From: Acetobacteraceae bacterium | GTDB lineage: Bacteria > Pseudomonadota > Alphaproteobacteria > Acetobacterales > Acetobacteraceae | Length of the DNA stretch: 64,000 nt | Direction of reading: 5' to 3' | Assembly: GCA_035685165.1 (NCBI GenBank) | Contig: DASRBI010000011.1 | Coordinates: 32,402-96,401, forward strand | Shown here: positions 57,035 to 64,000 of the stretch, one piece after another | How the letters are laid out: each line of letters begins with the position of its first letter | How positions within the stretch are numbered: position 1 is the first letter of the stretch | Notes under the pieces: generated by a model | What the model saw: only the letters and a program-made list of their open reading frames with translations | Databases searched by the model: none | What the model was told of the DNA's origin: nothing | Position numbers and translations under genes: made by a program

Positions 57035-57508
57035 ATGGAATCGCGCATCGAGCGCCTGTGCATCGAGCGGGGCCTGAAGATGACCGGGCAGCGGCGGGTC
57101 ATCGCCCGCGTGCTGTCGGACTCCTCGGATCATCCCGATGTGGAGGAACTCTATCGCCGAGCGACGGTGCTTGATGGGCGGATTTCGATCGCGACCGTGT
57201 ACCGGACCGTACGGTTGCTGGAGGAGAAGGGCATTCTCGAGCGCCGCGATTTCGGCGGCGGGCGCGCCCGCTACGAACCAACCGAGCACGGCCACCATTA
57301 TCACCTGATCGATGTCGAGACCGGGAAAGTGGTCGAGTTCCAGGACACGGAGCACGAGAAGCTGATGCAGGTCATCGCCCAGCGCCTGGGTTTCGAATTG
57401 GTCTCGTTGCGGCTGGAGCTGTTCGGCCGGCGCCAGAAGGCGGCGCGCCGGCCGCGCGAGCCCGAGGCCGAGCGCGACGCGACGGGACCCGAACAGGCCC
57501 CGGCGTGA
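57035..57508 (+). CDS. fur: Fur family transcriptional regulator (Fur/Mur-like)
   Basis: LKMTGQRRVIARVL...ISIATVYRTVRLLEEKGIL...HGHHYHLID. Conserved tsaB-rimI...fur neighbourhood. Confidence 0.85.
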   Translation: MESRIERLCIERGLKMTGQRRVIARVLSDSSDHPDVEELYRRATVLDGRISIATVYRTVRLLEEKGILERRDFGGGRARYEPTEHGHHYHLIDVETGKVVEFQDTEHEKLMQVIAQRLGFELVSLRLELFGRRQKAARRPREPEAERDATGPEQAPA

Positions 57509-58341
57509 CAATCCAGCAGCCGATCGGCCCGCGCAGCCCGCCGGGACCGGGGTTCGCCGAGCTTCGCGCCGGCAATCTCGGGGTCCGCCTCGCCTCCAGT
57601 CCGGCTGAGCAGGACGCGGTGCAGGCGCTGCGGTATCGCGTGTTCTATCGCGAGATGGGAGCCGTTCCCACGCCGGAGGCGGCCGCCCTCGGCCGCGACC
57701 GCGACGATTTCGATGCCGTCGCCGACCACCTGCTCGTGATCGATCATGCGCTCGGCGCGGGCCCGGAAGGGGTGGTCGGGACCTATCGCCTGATCCAGCG
57801 CGAGCATGCGGAGAAGATCGGCGGGTTCTACTCGGCGTCGGAATACGACATCGCGCCGATCGAGCGTTTCCCCGGCCGCATCCTCGAGCTCGGCCGGTCG
57901 TGTGTGGATGCGGCGTACCGCAATCGGGCAGTGATGCAGCTACTTTGGCGCGGCATCGCGGCCTATGTGTTTCATCATCGCATCGATCTGATGTTCGGGT
58001 GCGCCAGCCTGCCTGGGACCAATCCCGATGCGCTGGCGCTGGAGCTCACGTATCTTTACGACAACCATCTGGCGCCCCCGGCGCTGCGACCGCGCGCGCT
58101 TCCGCACCGGGCGGTGGAAATGCGCCGCCTGCGTTCTGCCGACGTGGATGTTCGGCGCGCGCTGGCGCAATTGCCGCCGCTCATCAAGGGCTATCTCCGG
58201 CTTGGCGGATTCGTGGGCGACGGTGCCGTGATCGACAGCCAGTTCAACACCACCGATGTCGCGATCGTGGTTAAGACCGACCTTGTGACCGACAAATACT
58301 ATCGGCACTACGAACGCCAGCTTCGCGACGCGCTGGATTAG
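57505..58341 (+). CDS. GNAT-fold acyltransferase, ornithine-lipid N-acyltransferase OlsB-like
   Basis: LGVRLASSPAEQDAVQALRYRVFYREMGA...GTYRLI...YSASEYDI...LELGRSCV...IKGYLRLG. The GTG overlaps the fur TGA (GTGA). Confidence 0.7.
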   Translation: MTIQQPIGPRSPPGPGFAELRAGNLGVRLASSPAEQDAVQALRYRVFYREMGAVPTPEAAALGRDRDDFDAVADHLLVIDHALGAGPEGVVGTYRLIQREHAEKIGGFYSASEYDIAPIERFPGRILELGRSCVDAAYRNRAVMQLLWRGIAAYVFHHRIDLMFGCASLPGTNPDALALELTYLYDNHLAPPALRPRALPHRAVEMRRLRSADVDVRRALAQLPPLIKGYLRLGGFVGDGAVIDSQFNTTDVAIVVKTDLVTDKYYRHYERQLRDALD

Positions 58342-58357
58342 CACCGCGCCAGGAACC

Positions 58358-59944
58358 GTGCGGCCGCAGTTTCTGACCTCACGCCCGCTGTCGCCGCCGC
58401 TCGCCCGAAGCGGCTCCGGCATGGGGGTCGCCGCCCGACCGGCGGGGCCGCGGAGCTGGCTCGCCGGGCTCCGGGGCGGGCGTGCGGACCTCACCGCATG
58501 GGCCGCGGGGCTGCTCGCCGCGCTCGCCTTGCCGCCCATCTTCCTTTTGCCGGCGCTCCTTCTCGCCGTGCCGGTTCTGCTTGTCTTGGTCGGCAGCGCC
58601 CCTTCGCTCGCAGTCGCGTTGCGGCGTGGGTGGTGGTTCGGCCTCGGGGTCAATTTGGTGGGCCTTTACTGGATCACCGACGCCATCATGGTCGAGGCGG
58701 CGCGATTCTGGTGGTTCATCCCGATCGCCGTGCCCGCCTTGGCCGCGGTGCTCGCGCTGTTCATCGCCTTCGCCGCCGGGATGGCGTGGCTCGCCCGTCC
58801 AGGCTGGCCGCGCGTGGCAGCGCTGGCCTCGGCCTGGGTGCTCGGTGATCTCGCCCGGCAATTCATCGCGACCGGCTTCCCCTGGAACCTCTGGGGCAGC
58901 GTTTGGGAGTTCCCGGGCCGGGCCGGCGACGTGATGATCCAGCCCGCCGCGTTGGTTTCTATTCACGGCCTGACCCTGGCGACGCTGGCGCTCGCGGCCC
59001 TGCCGTTGCTCGGCTGGCGCTTTCGCCTCGCCGGTGTGGCTTTGCTGGCCGCCTGGGCGGGATTCGGCATCCACCGTCTCGCCGCAGCGTCGGCTCCGGC
59101 GCCGAACCTTACGGCCGTGCTCGTCCAGGGCGACATCCTGGAGGGCCAGAAATGGAGCCCGGCGCTCGCGCAGGCGATCTTCGCCCGCTATCTCGACCTC
59201 ACCCGCGAGGGTGTGCGCGAGGCCGGGCCCGGCCCGAAGCTCGTGATCTGGCCGGAAACCGCGAGCCCCTATTTGATCGAGCGCGATCCGGTGGCCCGCC
59301 AGATGATCGCCCATGCCGCCGGCGACGCCACTTCGCTCATCGGGGCGGTGCGTTTCGATCCGCGCGGCAGGCCGCGCAACAGCCTGTTCGCGCTGGGCCC
59401 GACCGGCGCGATCGAGGATGTTTACGACAAATGGCACTTGGTGCCATTCGGGGAGTATCAGCCGGGCTGGTTCCCGCTGCCGGTGCAGATCGTTCCGGGC
59501 GACGGTTTCGCCGCCGGCCCGGGCCCCGAGACGATGCACGTTGCCGGTTTGCCGGCGATCGGCCCGCTGATTTGCTACGAGGCGATTTTTCCGGGACAGG
59601 TCGCCGACGAGGCCGACCGGCCAGCGCTGTTGGTGAACATCACCAACGATGCCTGGTTTGGCAACTCGACCGGACCGCACCAGCACCTCGCTGCCGCGCG
59701 GATGCGCGCGGTTGAAGAGGGCCTGCCGTTGCTGCGTGCCGCCAATACCGGCATCAGCGCCGCCTTCGACGGGTATGGGCATCAGCTCGCGCGCCTCGGC
59801 CTCGGCCGTGCCGGCACGCTGATCGTTCGTGTCCCGGGGCCGTTGCCGGCAACCCCCTTCGCGCGCTTCGGCCTTTGGATACCGCTCACCTTCGCATTGA
59901 TCGGGCTGGGTGCCGGCTTGGCACCCGGCCTTCGGCGCGGCTAA
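58358..59944 (+). CDS. lnt: apolipoprotein N-acyltransferase
   Basis: N-terminal polytopic domain, then CN-hydrolase domain VIWPETA...KWHLVPFGEY...ICYEAIFP...NITNDAWFG. The start is uncertain (GTG 58358 or ATG 58421). Confidence 0.85.
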   Translation: MRPQFLTSRPLSPPLARSGSGMGVAARPAGPRSWLAGLRGGRADLTAWAAGLLAALALPPIFLLPALLLAVPVLLVLVGSAPSLAVALRRGWWFGLGVNLVGLYWITDAIMVEAARFWWFIPIAVPALAAVLALFIAFAAGMAWLARPGWPRVAALASAWVLGDLARQFIATGFPWNLWGSVWEFPGRAGDVMIQPAALVSIHGLTLATLALAALPLLGWRFRLAGVALLAAWAGFGIHRLAAASAPAPNLTAVLVQGDILEGQKWSPALAQAIFARYLDLTREGVREAGPGPKLVIWPETASPYLIERDPVARQMIAHAAGDATSLIGAVRFDPRGRPRNSLFALGPTGAIEDVYDKWHLVPFGEYQPGWFPLPVQIVPGDGFAAGPGPETMHVAGLPAIGPLICYEAIFPGQVADEADRPALLVNITNDAWFGNSTGPHQHLAAARMRAVEEGLPLLRAANTGISAAFDGYGHQLARLGLGRAGTLIVRVPGPLPATPFARFGLWIPLTFALIGLGAGLAPGLRRG

Positions 59945-60093
59945 GGCGCTCAGTTTGTCTCTCGTTCCGAGACAAAAAGGGGGGTATGCTCATTTCCATT
60001 GACAATTCGCGGTTGTAAGTGCCAGGTTGAGCAGCTACCGTTAAAGAAATCGGGGTCGCGGGATTCGCGACATAAGCGGCGGAGGGATCCGGT

Positions 60094-60561
60094 ATGCTGG
60101 ACGAGACCGACGGAGCCGGCCGGGGCCCGGGGGCGGAGCCGCCTGGCGAGCGCGAGTCGCGTCCCAGCCCGATCGACGTGCATGTCGGCTCGCGTATCCG
60201 GCTGCGCCGGACATTGCTCGGCATGTCCCAGGAACGGCTGGGCGATCAATTGGGGCTCACCTTTCAGCAGGTGCAGAAATACGAGCGCGGCGTGAACCGG
60301 GTCGGCGCCTCCCGCCTGTTCGATCTCGCCCGCGTGCTCGACGTGCCAATCAGTTTCTTTTTCGACGACATGCCGGACGGGGTTGCCGGCGCCGGCGGCA
60401 AGCGCATGCCTGCCTTCGCCGAACACCAGGATCCGTTCGGCGATGACGCGATGACGCGGCGGGAAACGCTCGAACTTGTACGTGCCTATTACCGCATCCC
60501 CGATCCGATGCAGCGCAAGCGCATCTTCGAGCTCGTGAAGAGCATGAGCGCGGCGGAGTAG
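60094..60561 (+). CDS. XRE-family helix-turn-helix transcriptional regulator
   Basis: VGSRIRLRRTLLGMSQERLGDQLGLTFQQVQKYERGVNRVGASRLFDLARVL. Confidence 0.8.
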   Translation: MLDETDGAGRGPGAEPPGERESRPSPIDVHVGSRIRLRRTLLGMSQERLGDQLGLTFQQVQKYERGVNRVGASRLFDLARVLDVPISFFFDDMPDGVAGAGGKRMPAFAEHQDPFGDDAMTRRETLELVRAYYRIPDPMQRKRIFELVKSMSAAE

Positions 60562-60589
60562 GCGGCCCTACCCCGCCCGCGCCGTAGCC

Positions 60590-61018
60590 TTACTTCTTCA
60601 CCGGTTCGACCTGCCCCCTGATTTCGCCGGGCGGATTGGCGGCGGTGTGCACGTTCACATACCACAGCCCATTTTCGAGCTGCTGCTGCTGCTCAGGCGT
60701 CAGCGTCACGCTGCCCTTGATCGGGCTCTTGGGGTTGTTGCCGAGGGGAACGACGATCCCGGCATTCTGACCGGCCGGTGCGGGCCCGTGGAAATGCGCC
60801 ATCGTGGCCGGGCCGCTGAGCCCTTTCCAGGAGACGTCGTAACTGAACCTGTGGGTGGTCGTATTCAGCGTCCCGGTCATGGTCCCGGTGCCTTGAGTCT
60901 GCTTGGCCGGGACCTCGTTGGCACCGTTCAGGGTGGCGTGGAACCGCTCGGTGGCGGCGAGGGCTCCGGTGGCGAAGCCTACCGCCAGGACGGCGGCGAG
61001 CGATGCAGGGCGAAACAT
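60590..61018 (-). CDS. secreted CHRD-domain protein
   Basis: From MFRPASLAAVLAVGFATGALA (signal) ...LNGANEVP...AHFHGPAPAGQNAGIVVPL...NVHTAANPPGEIRGQV. Confidence 0.65.
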   Translation of the reverse strand: MFRPASLAAVLAVGFATGALAATERFHATLNGANEVPAKQTQGTGTMTGTLNTTTHRFSYDVSWKGLSGPATMAHFHGPAPAGQNAGIVVPLGNNPKSPIKGSVTLTPEQQQQLENGLWYVNVHTAANPPGEIRGQVEPVKK

Positions 61019-61101
61019 CCACTGTCTCCTCCGGCGGAGCCGGCCGGGGCCCTCCCCGCCCTGTCGGAACGCTCCGCCGGGGCAGCAATCTAGGTGCGTC
61101 C

Positions 61102-62067
61102 TTAGCCGCGTCCAGCCGCTCGGTTTCCAATAATCTCCATCAGCTCGCCCCATTCGCGGCGGGAGAGGCCGCTTTCCCCCGGCTCGACGCTTTCGCCGTT
61201 CAGCAGCCGGCGCACGACCGCCAACATGCCGGCCGAGAGCGTGGCCGCGCCGAGCCGGTACTCGCGGAATGCCGCGAAGGCGAGCGGCACCCAGGCTTCC
61301 AGCGTCGTCATCATCGCCTCGGCATAGGCGCGGATTTCGTACTGGGCGTGGGCATCGGCCCGGAGCGACAGAAAATGCAACAGGTTGTGCAGGTCGATTT
61401 TCCAGTACCACTGCGTATAGGTGTTCAGGGTCAGGTTCATCCGCGCGAGCTCGCGCGCCAGGCCCTGGCGGGCCGGGTCGGCGATGTGCCCGTCCGCCGG
61501 CTCGTTCAGCATCCAGGCGTAATTGTCGTAGCAGCGCGCCGCGTCAGCACGCAGCAGATCAAGCACCTGGGCCGCTTCCTCCCCGCCGAGTACGGCGCCG
61601 CGCCCCTGGCGGTTGGCAGCCGACTGCGCCGCGAGGTGCTCGGGGGCGGGGAGGTAGAATTCCCGATCGAGCACCGAGTAGCGCGCCGAATATTCGTTCA
61701 CGTTTGCGGTGCGGTGCCGGATCCATTGCCGCGCCACGAAAATCGGCAGCTTCACGTGGTATTTGATCTCGCACATCTCGAACGGGGTCGAGTGGCGGTG
61801 GCGCATCAGGTAGCGGATCAGGCCCGCATCCTCCGACACGCGCCTCGTGCCGCGCCCGTAGGAGACCCGCGCTGCCTGCACGATCGCGCCATCGTCGCCC
61901 ATGTAGTCGATCACCCGGACGAAACCGTGATCGAGCACCGGGAGCGGGCGGTAGAGCAGCGCCTCCAGCGCCGGGACTGTCGGCCGGGCGGTCTCGGCCC
62001 GCCGTTCGCGGGCAGCGGCGATCTCCTGCTCCTGGTCGGCGGTGAGGCGCATTTCCCGACTCCACAT
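61102..62067 (-). CDS. thyX: FAD-dependent thymidylate synthase
   Basis: ThyX motif RHRHSTPFE...ARQWIRHRT...EYSARY. An alternative start is MRLTADQ (ATG 62052). Confidence 0.9.
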   Translation of the reverse strand: MWSREMRLTADQEQEIAAARERRAETARPTVPALEALLYRPLPVLDHGFVRVIDYMGDDGAIVQAARVSYGRGTRRVSEDAGLIRYLMRHRHSTPFEMCEIKYHVKLPIFVARQWIRHRTANVNEYSARYSVLDREFYLPAPEHLAAQSAANRQGRGAVLGGEEAAQVLDLLRADAARCYDNYAWMLNEPADGHIADPARQGLARELARMNLTLNTYTQWYWKIDLHNLLHFLSLRADAHAQYEIRAYAEAMMTTLEAWVPLAFAAFREYRLGAATLSAGMLAVVRRLLNGESVEPGESGLSRREWGELMEIIGNRAAGRG

Positions 62068-62099
62068 TTGCGATCCGACGCCTTATATGCCGCCCGCCG

Positions 62100-62425
62100 G
62101 CGACGGTCGGCTATGGCGATAAACGGCGCGTGGAATAAGCGTAGTGGACCCGGGGGCAGTGCCCGGCGCCTCCACCATCCTTTCGGGCTGGGCTGTCCGG
62201 CCGGCAGACATGGGGGCGAAACAGGCTCGACACGCGCGGTAAAGACACGCCTTTCGCCCGGCATGGTTCCGCCGTTATCGGGCCGTTTCACAAGTGCCAA
62301 CGACAACGAGGCACTCGCTGTCGCTGCGTAAGCGATAAGCGCGGTTCGGGGGGCACCGGGCAACAGAAGCCCCCCATCGTCTCCCCATCGTCCCCTGGAA
62401 ACACGAGGCTGCGCGCTCTATCAAT
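62100..62425 (+). ncRNA. ssrA: circularly permuted two-piece tmRNA gene (boundaries approximate)
   Basis: Acceptor piece ends GGAC-CCGGG-GGCAGTG-CCCGG-CGCCTCC-A-CCA (CCA at 62175-62177). The coding piece starts GGGGGCG at 62212 and is complementary to CGCCTCC, with a G3:U pair (62214/62171), then GGCTCGAC. CACGCGC (62231-37) pairs with GCGCGTG (62126-32). The tag frame at 62296-62331 is GCC AAC GAC AAC GAG GCA CTC GCT GTC GCT GCG TAA = ANDNEALAVAA*. Confidence 0.8.
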
Positions 62426-62431
62426 GAGGCG

Positions 62432-62962
62432 ATGACGGACGAACGGGAACCGACGGTCGAGAGCCTGCTGCCGTACGATCAATGGACCGACGAGGCGATG
62501 CGTCAGGTCATGGTGCGCGCGCTCGCCCATGCCGCGGCGAACGGACTTCCCGGCGAGCATCATTTCTACCTGACCTTCCGCACCGATCATCCCGGCGTGG
62601 TGATGCCACCCCGGCTGCGGGCCCAGTATCCGCAGGAGATGACCATCGTTCTCCAGCACCAGTTCTGGGATTTGAAGATGGACGAGGAGGCGGGCCTGCT
62701 GAGCGTGGGCCTCTCGTTCGGGGGCGTTCCGTCCAAGCTCGTGATCCCGGTGGGTGCGATCGTGGCGTTCGCCGACCCGTTCGTGCGCTACGGGATGCGG
62801 TTCCGTCCCGCGTCGGCGGAGGCCGCGCCGCCGGAGTCCGAACCCGCCGCCAAGCCGCCGGCGCCGGTGTCCGATCCGAAACCGGAGCCGGAGGCCGCTC
62901 CTGAGGCGCCGCAAGTGGTGAGCCTCGACGCGTTCCGCCGTCGCAGCCCGCCCAAGACTTGA
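62432..62962 (+). CDS. sspB: ClpXP adaptor SspB (alphaproteobacterial type)
   Basis: GLPGEHHFYLTFRTDHPGV...YPQEMTIVLQHQFWDLK...LSFGGVP. Pro/Glu-rich linker and a C-terminal ClpX-binding-like VVSLDAFRRR. Confidence 0.85.
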   Translation: MTDEREPTVESLLPYDQWTDEAMRQVMVRALAHAAANGLPGEHHFYLTFRTDHPGVVMPPRLRAQYPQEMTIVLQHQFWDLKMDEEAGLLSVGLSFGGVPSKLVIPVGAIVAFADPFVRYGMRFRPASAEAAPPESEPAAKPPAPVSDPKPEPEAAPEAPQVVSLDAFRRRSPPKT

Positions 62963-63039
62963 TCCGCCGCGCGGGCCGCTGCATGGCTCCCAGGCCCTCC
63001 ACGACCGACCCGCATCGATGATCACTTCTCCCCGACGGC

Positions 63040-63170
63040 GCGCCTGCGGTGTTTCCCCCACCCCTCCCGGCCTCTCGACCCCCAAGGGCGGAGAGGTGGT
63101 CGCTATCCGGCTCCCTCGCCGCCCCGTGGGGACGGAGAGGGTCGGCGAGAGCTGGGGAGAGCCAAAGAGT
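63040..63170. repeat. GGAGAGG/CCCCAAGGG-type palindromic intergenic repeats
   Basis: cctctc-gacccccaagggc-ggagagg and ccctcgccgccccgtggggacggagaggg. The same CCCCAAGGG hairpin core appears at 7130-7155. Confidence 0.45.
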
Positions 63171-63205
63171 GCGAGTCGGTATGAGACCAGCGGAGGATCA
63201 GCGCC

Positions 63206-64000
63206 ATGAACGCGCCCGTCGCCAAGCCCACCAACTTCGCTTACGCGCCGATGTTTCCGCTCGGCCCCGAGGCGACCCCCTGGCGCAAGCTGGAGGCCGA
63301 GGGCGTGCGGACGTCGGTCTGTGACGGGCAGAGCGTGCTCAGGATCGCGCCGGCAGCCCTGACCGAGCTTGCGTTCCGCGCCTTCCAGGACGTGTCGCAC
63401 CTGCTGCGCCCGGGGCACTTGCGCCAGCTTCGGGCGATCCTCGATGACCCCGAGGCGTCCGACAACGACCGGTTCGTGGCGTTCGATCTGCTCAAGAACG
63501 CCAACATCGCCGCCGGGCGCGTGCTGCCAATGTGCCAGGACACCGGCACGGCGCTCGTATTCGGCAAGAAGGGCCAGCGCGTCTGGGTGGAGGGCAACGA
63601 GGAGGAGGCGCTCGCCTTTGGGGTGCATCGCACCTACACCGAGACCAATCTGCGCTATTCGCAGATGGCGCCCCTGTCGATGTTCGAGGAGGTGAATACC
63701 GGCAACAATTTGCCGGTGCAGTTCGACATCATGGCGGCGCCGGGCGAGGACCATGCCGACGAGTTCCACCTGATGTTCGTCGCCAAGGGCGGCGGCTCGG
63801 CCAACAAGAGCTTTCTGTTTCAGGAAACGCGCGCGATCCTCTCGCCCGAGCGGTTGCTGAAGTTCCTGGAGACCAAGATCAAGACCCTCGGCACGTCGGC
63901 CTGCCCTCCGTATCACCTCGCGATCGTCATTGGCGGAACGTCGGCGGAGCTGACGCTCAAAGCCGTCAAGCTCGCCTCGACACGCTATCTGGACGCGCTG
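63206..64000 (+). CDS. fumA: class I (Fe-S) fumarate hydratase, partial (continues past the window end)
   Basis: Absent from the ORF track because there is no stop in the window. ATG 63206 follows ggagga. [20 protein letters not shown]...[18 protein letters not shown]...[18 protein letters not shown]...[10 protein letters not shown]. Confidence 0.9.
   Translation, partial: MNAPVAKPTNFAYAPMFPLGPEATPWRKLEAEGVRTSVCDGQSVLRIAPAALTELAFRAFQDVSHLLRPGHLRQLRAILDDPEASDNDRFVAFDLLKNANIAAGRVLPMCQDTGTALVFGKKGQRVWVEGNEEEALAFGVHRTYTETNLRYSQMAPLSMFEEVNTGNNLPVQFDIMAAPGEDHADEFHLMFVAKGGGSANKSFLFQETRAILSPERLLKFLETKIKTLGTSACPPYHLAIVIGGTSAELTLKAVKLASTRYLDAL

Noticed and set aside
59954-59976. Hairpin tttgtctc-tcgttcc-gagacaaa just after lnt, considered as an intrinsic terminator.
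   Set aside because: It is followed by aaagggggg rather than a U-tract on the lnt strand, and on the other strand the T-run precedes the stem. I therefore do not call it a terminator. It may still be a structured 3' end.
60094-60561. The XRE-family HTH gene as a possible antitoxin or prophage repressor.
   Set aside because: No partner toxin ORF is adjacent. An HTH regulator directly after lnt is a recurrent housekeeping neighbourhood in Alphaproteobacteria as far as I recall.
1-64000. Searched by eye for CRISPR arrays, IS or transposase genes, integrases, prophage genes, toxin-antitoxin pairs and classical defence genes.
   Set aside because: None found. The only repeats are short GC-rich palindromic intergenic units, and no regularly spaced direct repeats with unique spacers were seen. 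This was a visual scan, so very short or degenerate elements could be missed.
1-64000. In-frame TGA (selenocysteine) candidates, i.e. same-frame ORF pairs split only by TGA, prompted by the selA/selC genes.
   Set aside because: I could not find any adjacent same-strand ORF pair whose products form one recognisable protein across a TGA. No formate-dehydrogenase-like or other typical selenoprotein gene is present.

Overview
High-GC (roughly 68-70% by eye) alphaproteobacterial chromosomal segment. The taxon markers are MucR/Ros, alpha-type SspB, a circularly permuted two-piece tmRNA gene and hopanoid hpn genes. It is almost fully coding. I saw no transposase, integrase, phage gene or CRISPR array. 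Many neighbouring genes are joined by 1-4 nt start/stop overlaps (ATGA, GTGA, TGATG). Housekeeping content: rplY-pth-ychF, ispE, gshA, rsmE, ubiA, sdhCDAB, a stand-alone EF-G paralog, pepF, nfuA-like/rutE-like/tsaB/rimI, mucR, fur, olsB-like, lnt, thyX, sspB and class I fumarase. Accessory-looking content: two acyl-CoA activation clusters, one with an IclR regulator; a DUF1800/DUF1501 pair; tandem OmpA-family paralogs; a large SARP-type regulator; and a PAS-GGDEF-EAL protein. The ORF track cannot show the RNA genes. I found a tRNA-Sec (selC) 23 nt downstream of selA, and a permuted ssrA (tmRNA, tag ANDNEALAVAA) directly upstream of sspB. Points I consider most worth a second look: (1) an orphan hpnL-selA-selC arrangement with no selB or selD in the window. 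(2) A partial hopanoid cluster (hpnL / hpnABCD, no hpnE or shc) met head-on by a tight three-gene envelope operon: Wzy_C/O-antigen-ligase-like, periplasmic beta-propeller and di-iron fatty-acid-hydroxylase-family. The last of these overlaps hpnD by 128 nt. (3) The tmRNA, which has a non-canonical T-loop and sits next to its adaptor gene. (4) Three small degraded or recoded ORFs: a DUF2934-like ORF with TAG at the conserved Trp codon, a GT9 stub and a frameshifted mini-ORF. (5) Families of GC-rich palindromic intergenic repeats, one of them inside the sdh operon. All functional calls rest on my reading of the translations and motifs. No database search was run.
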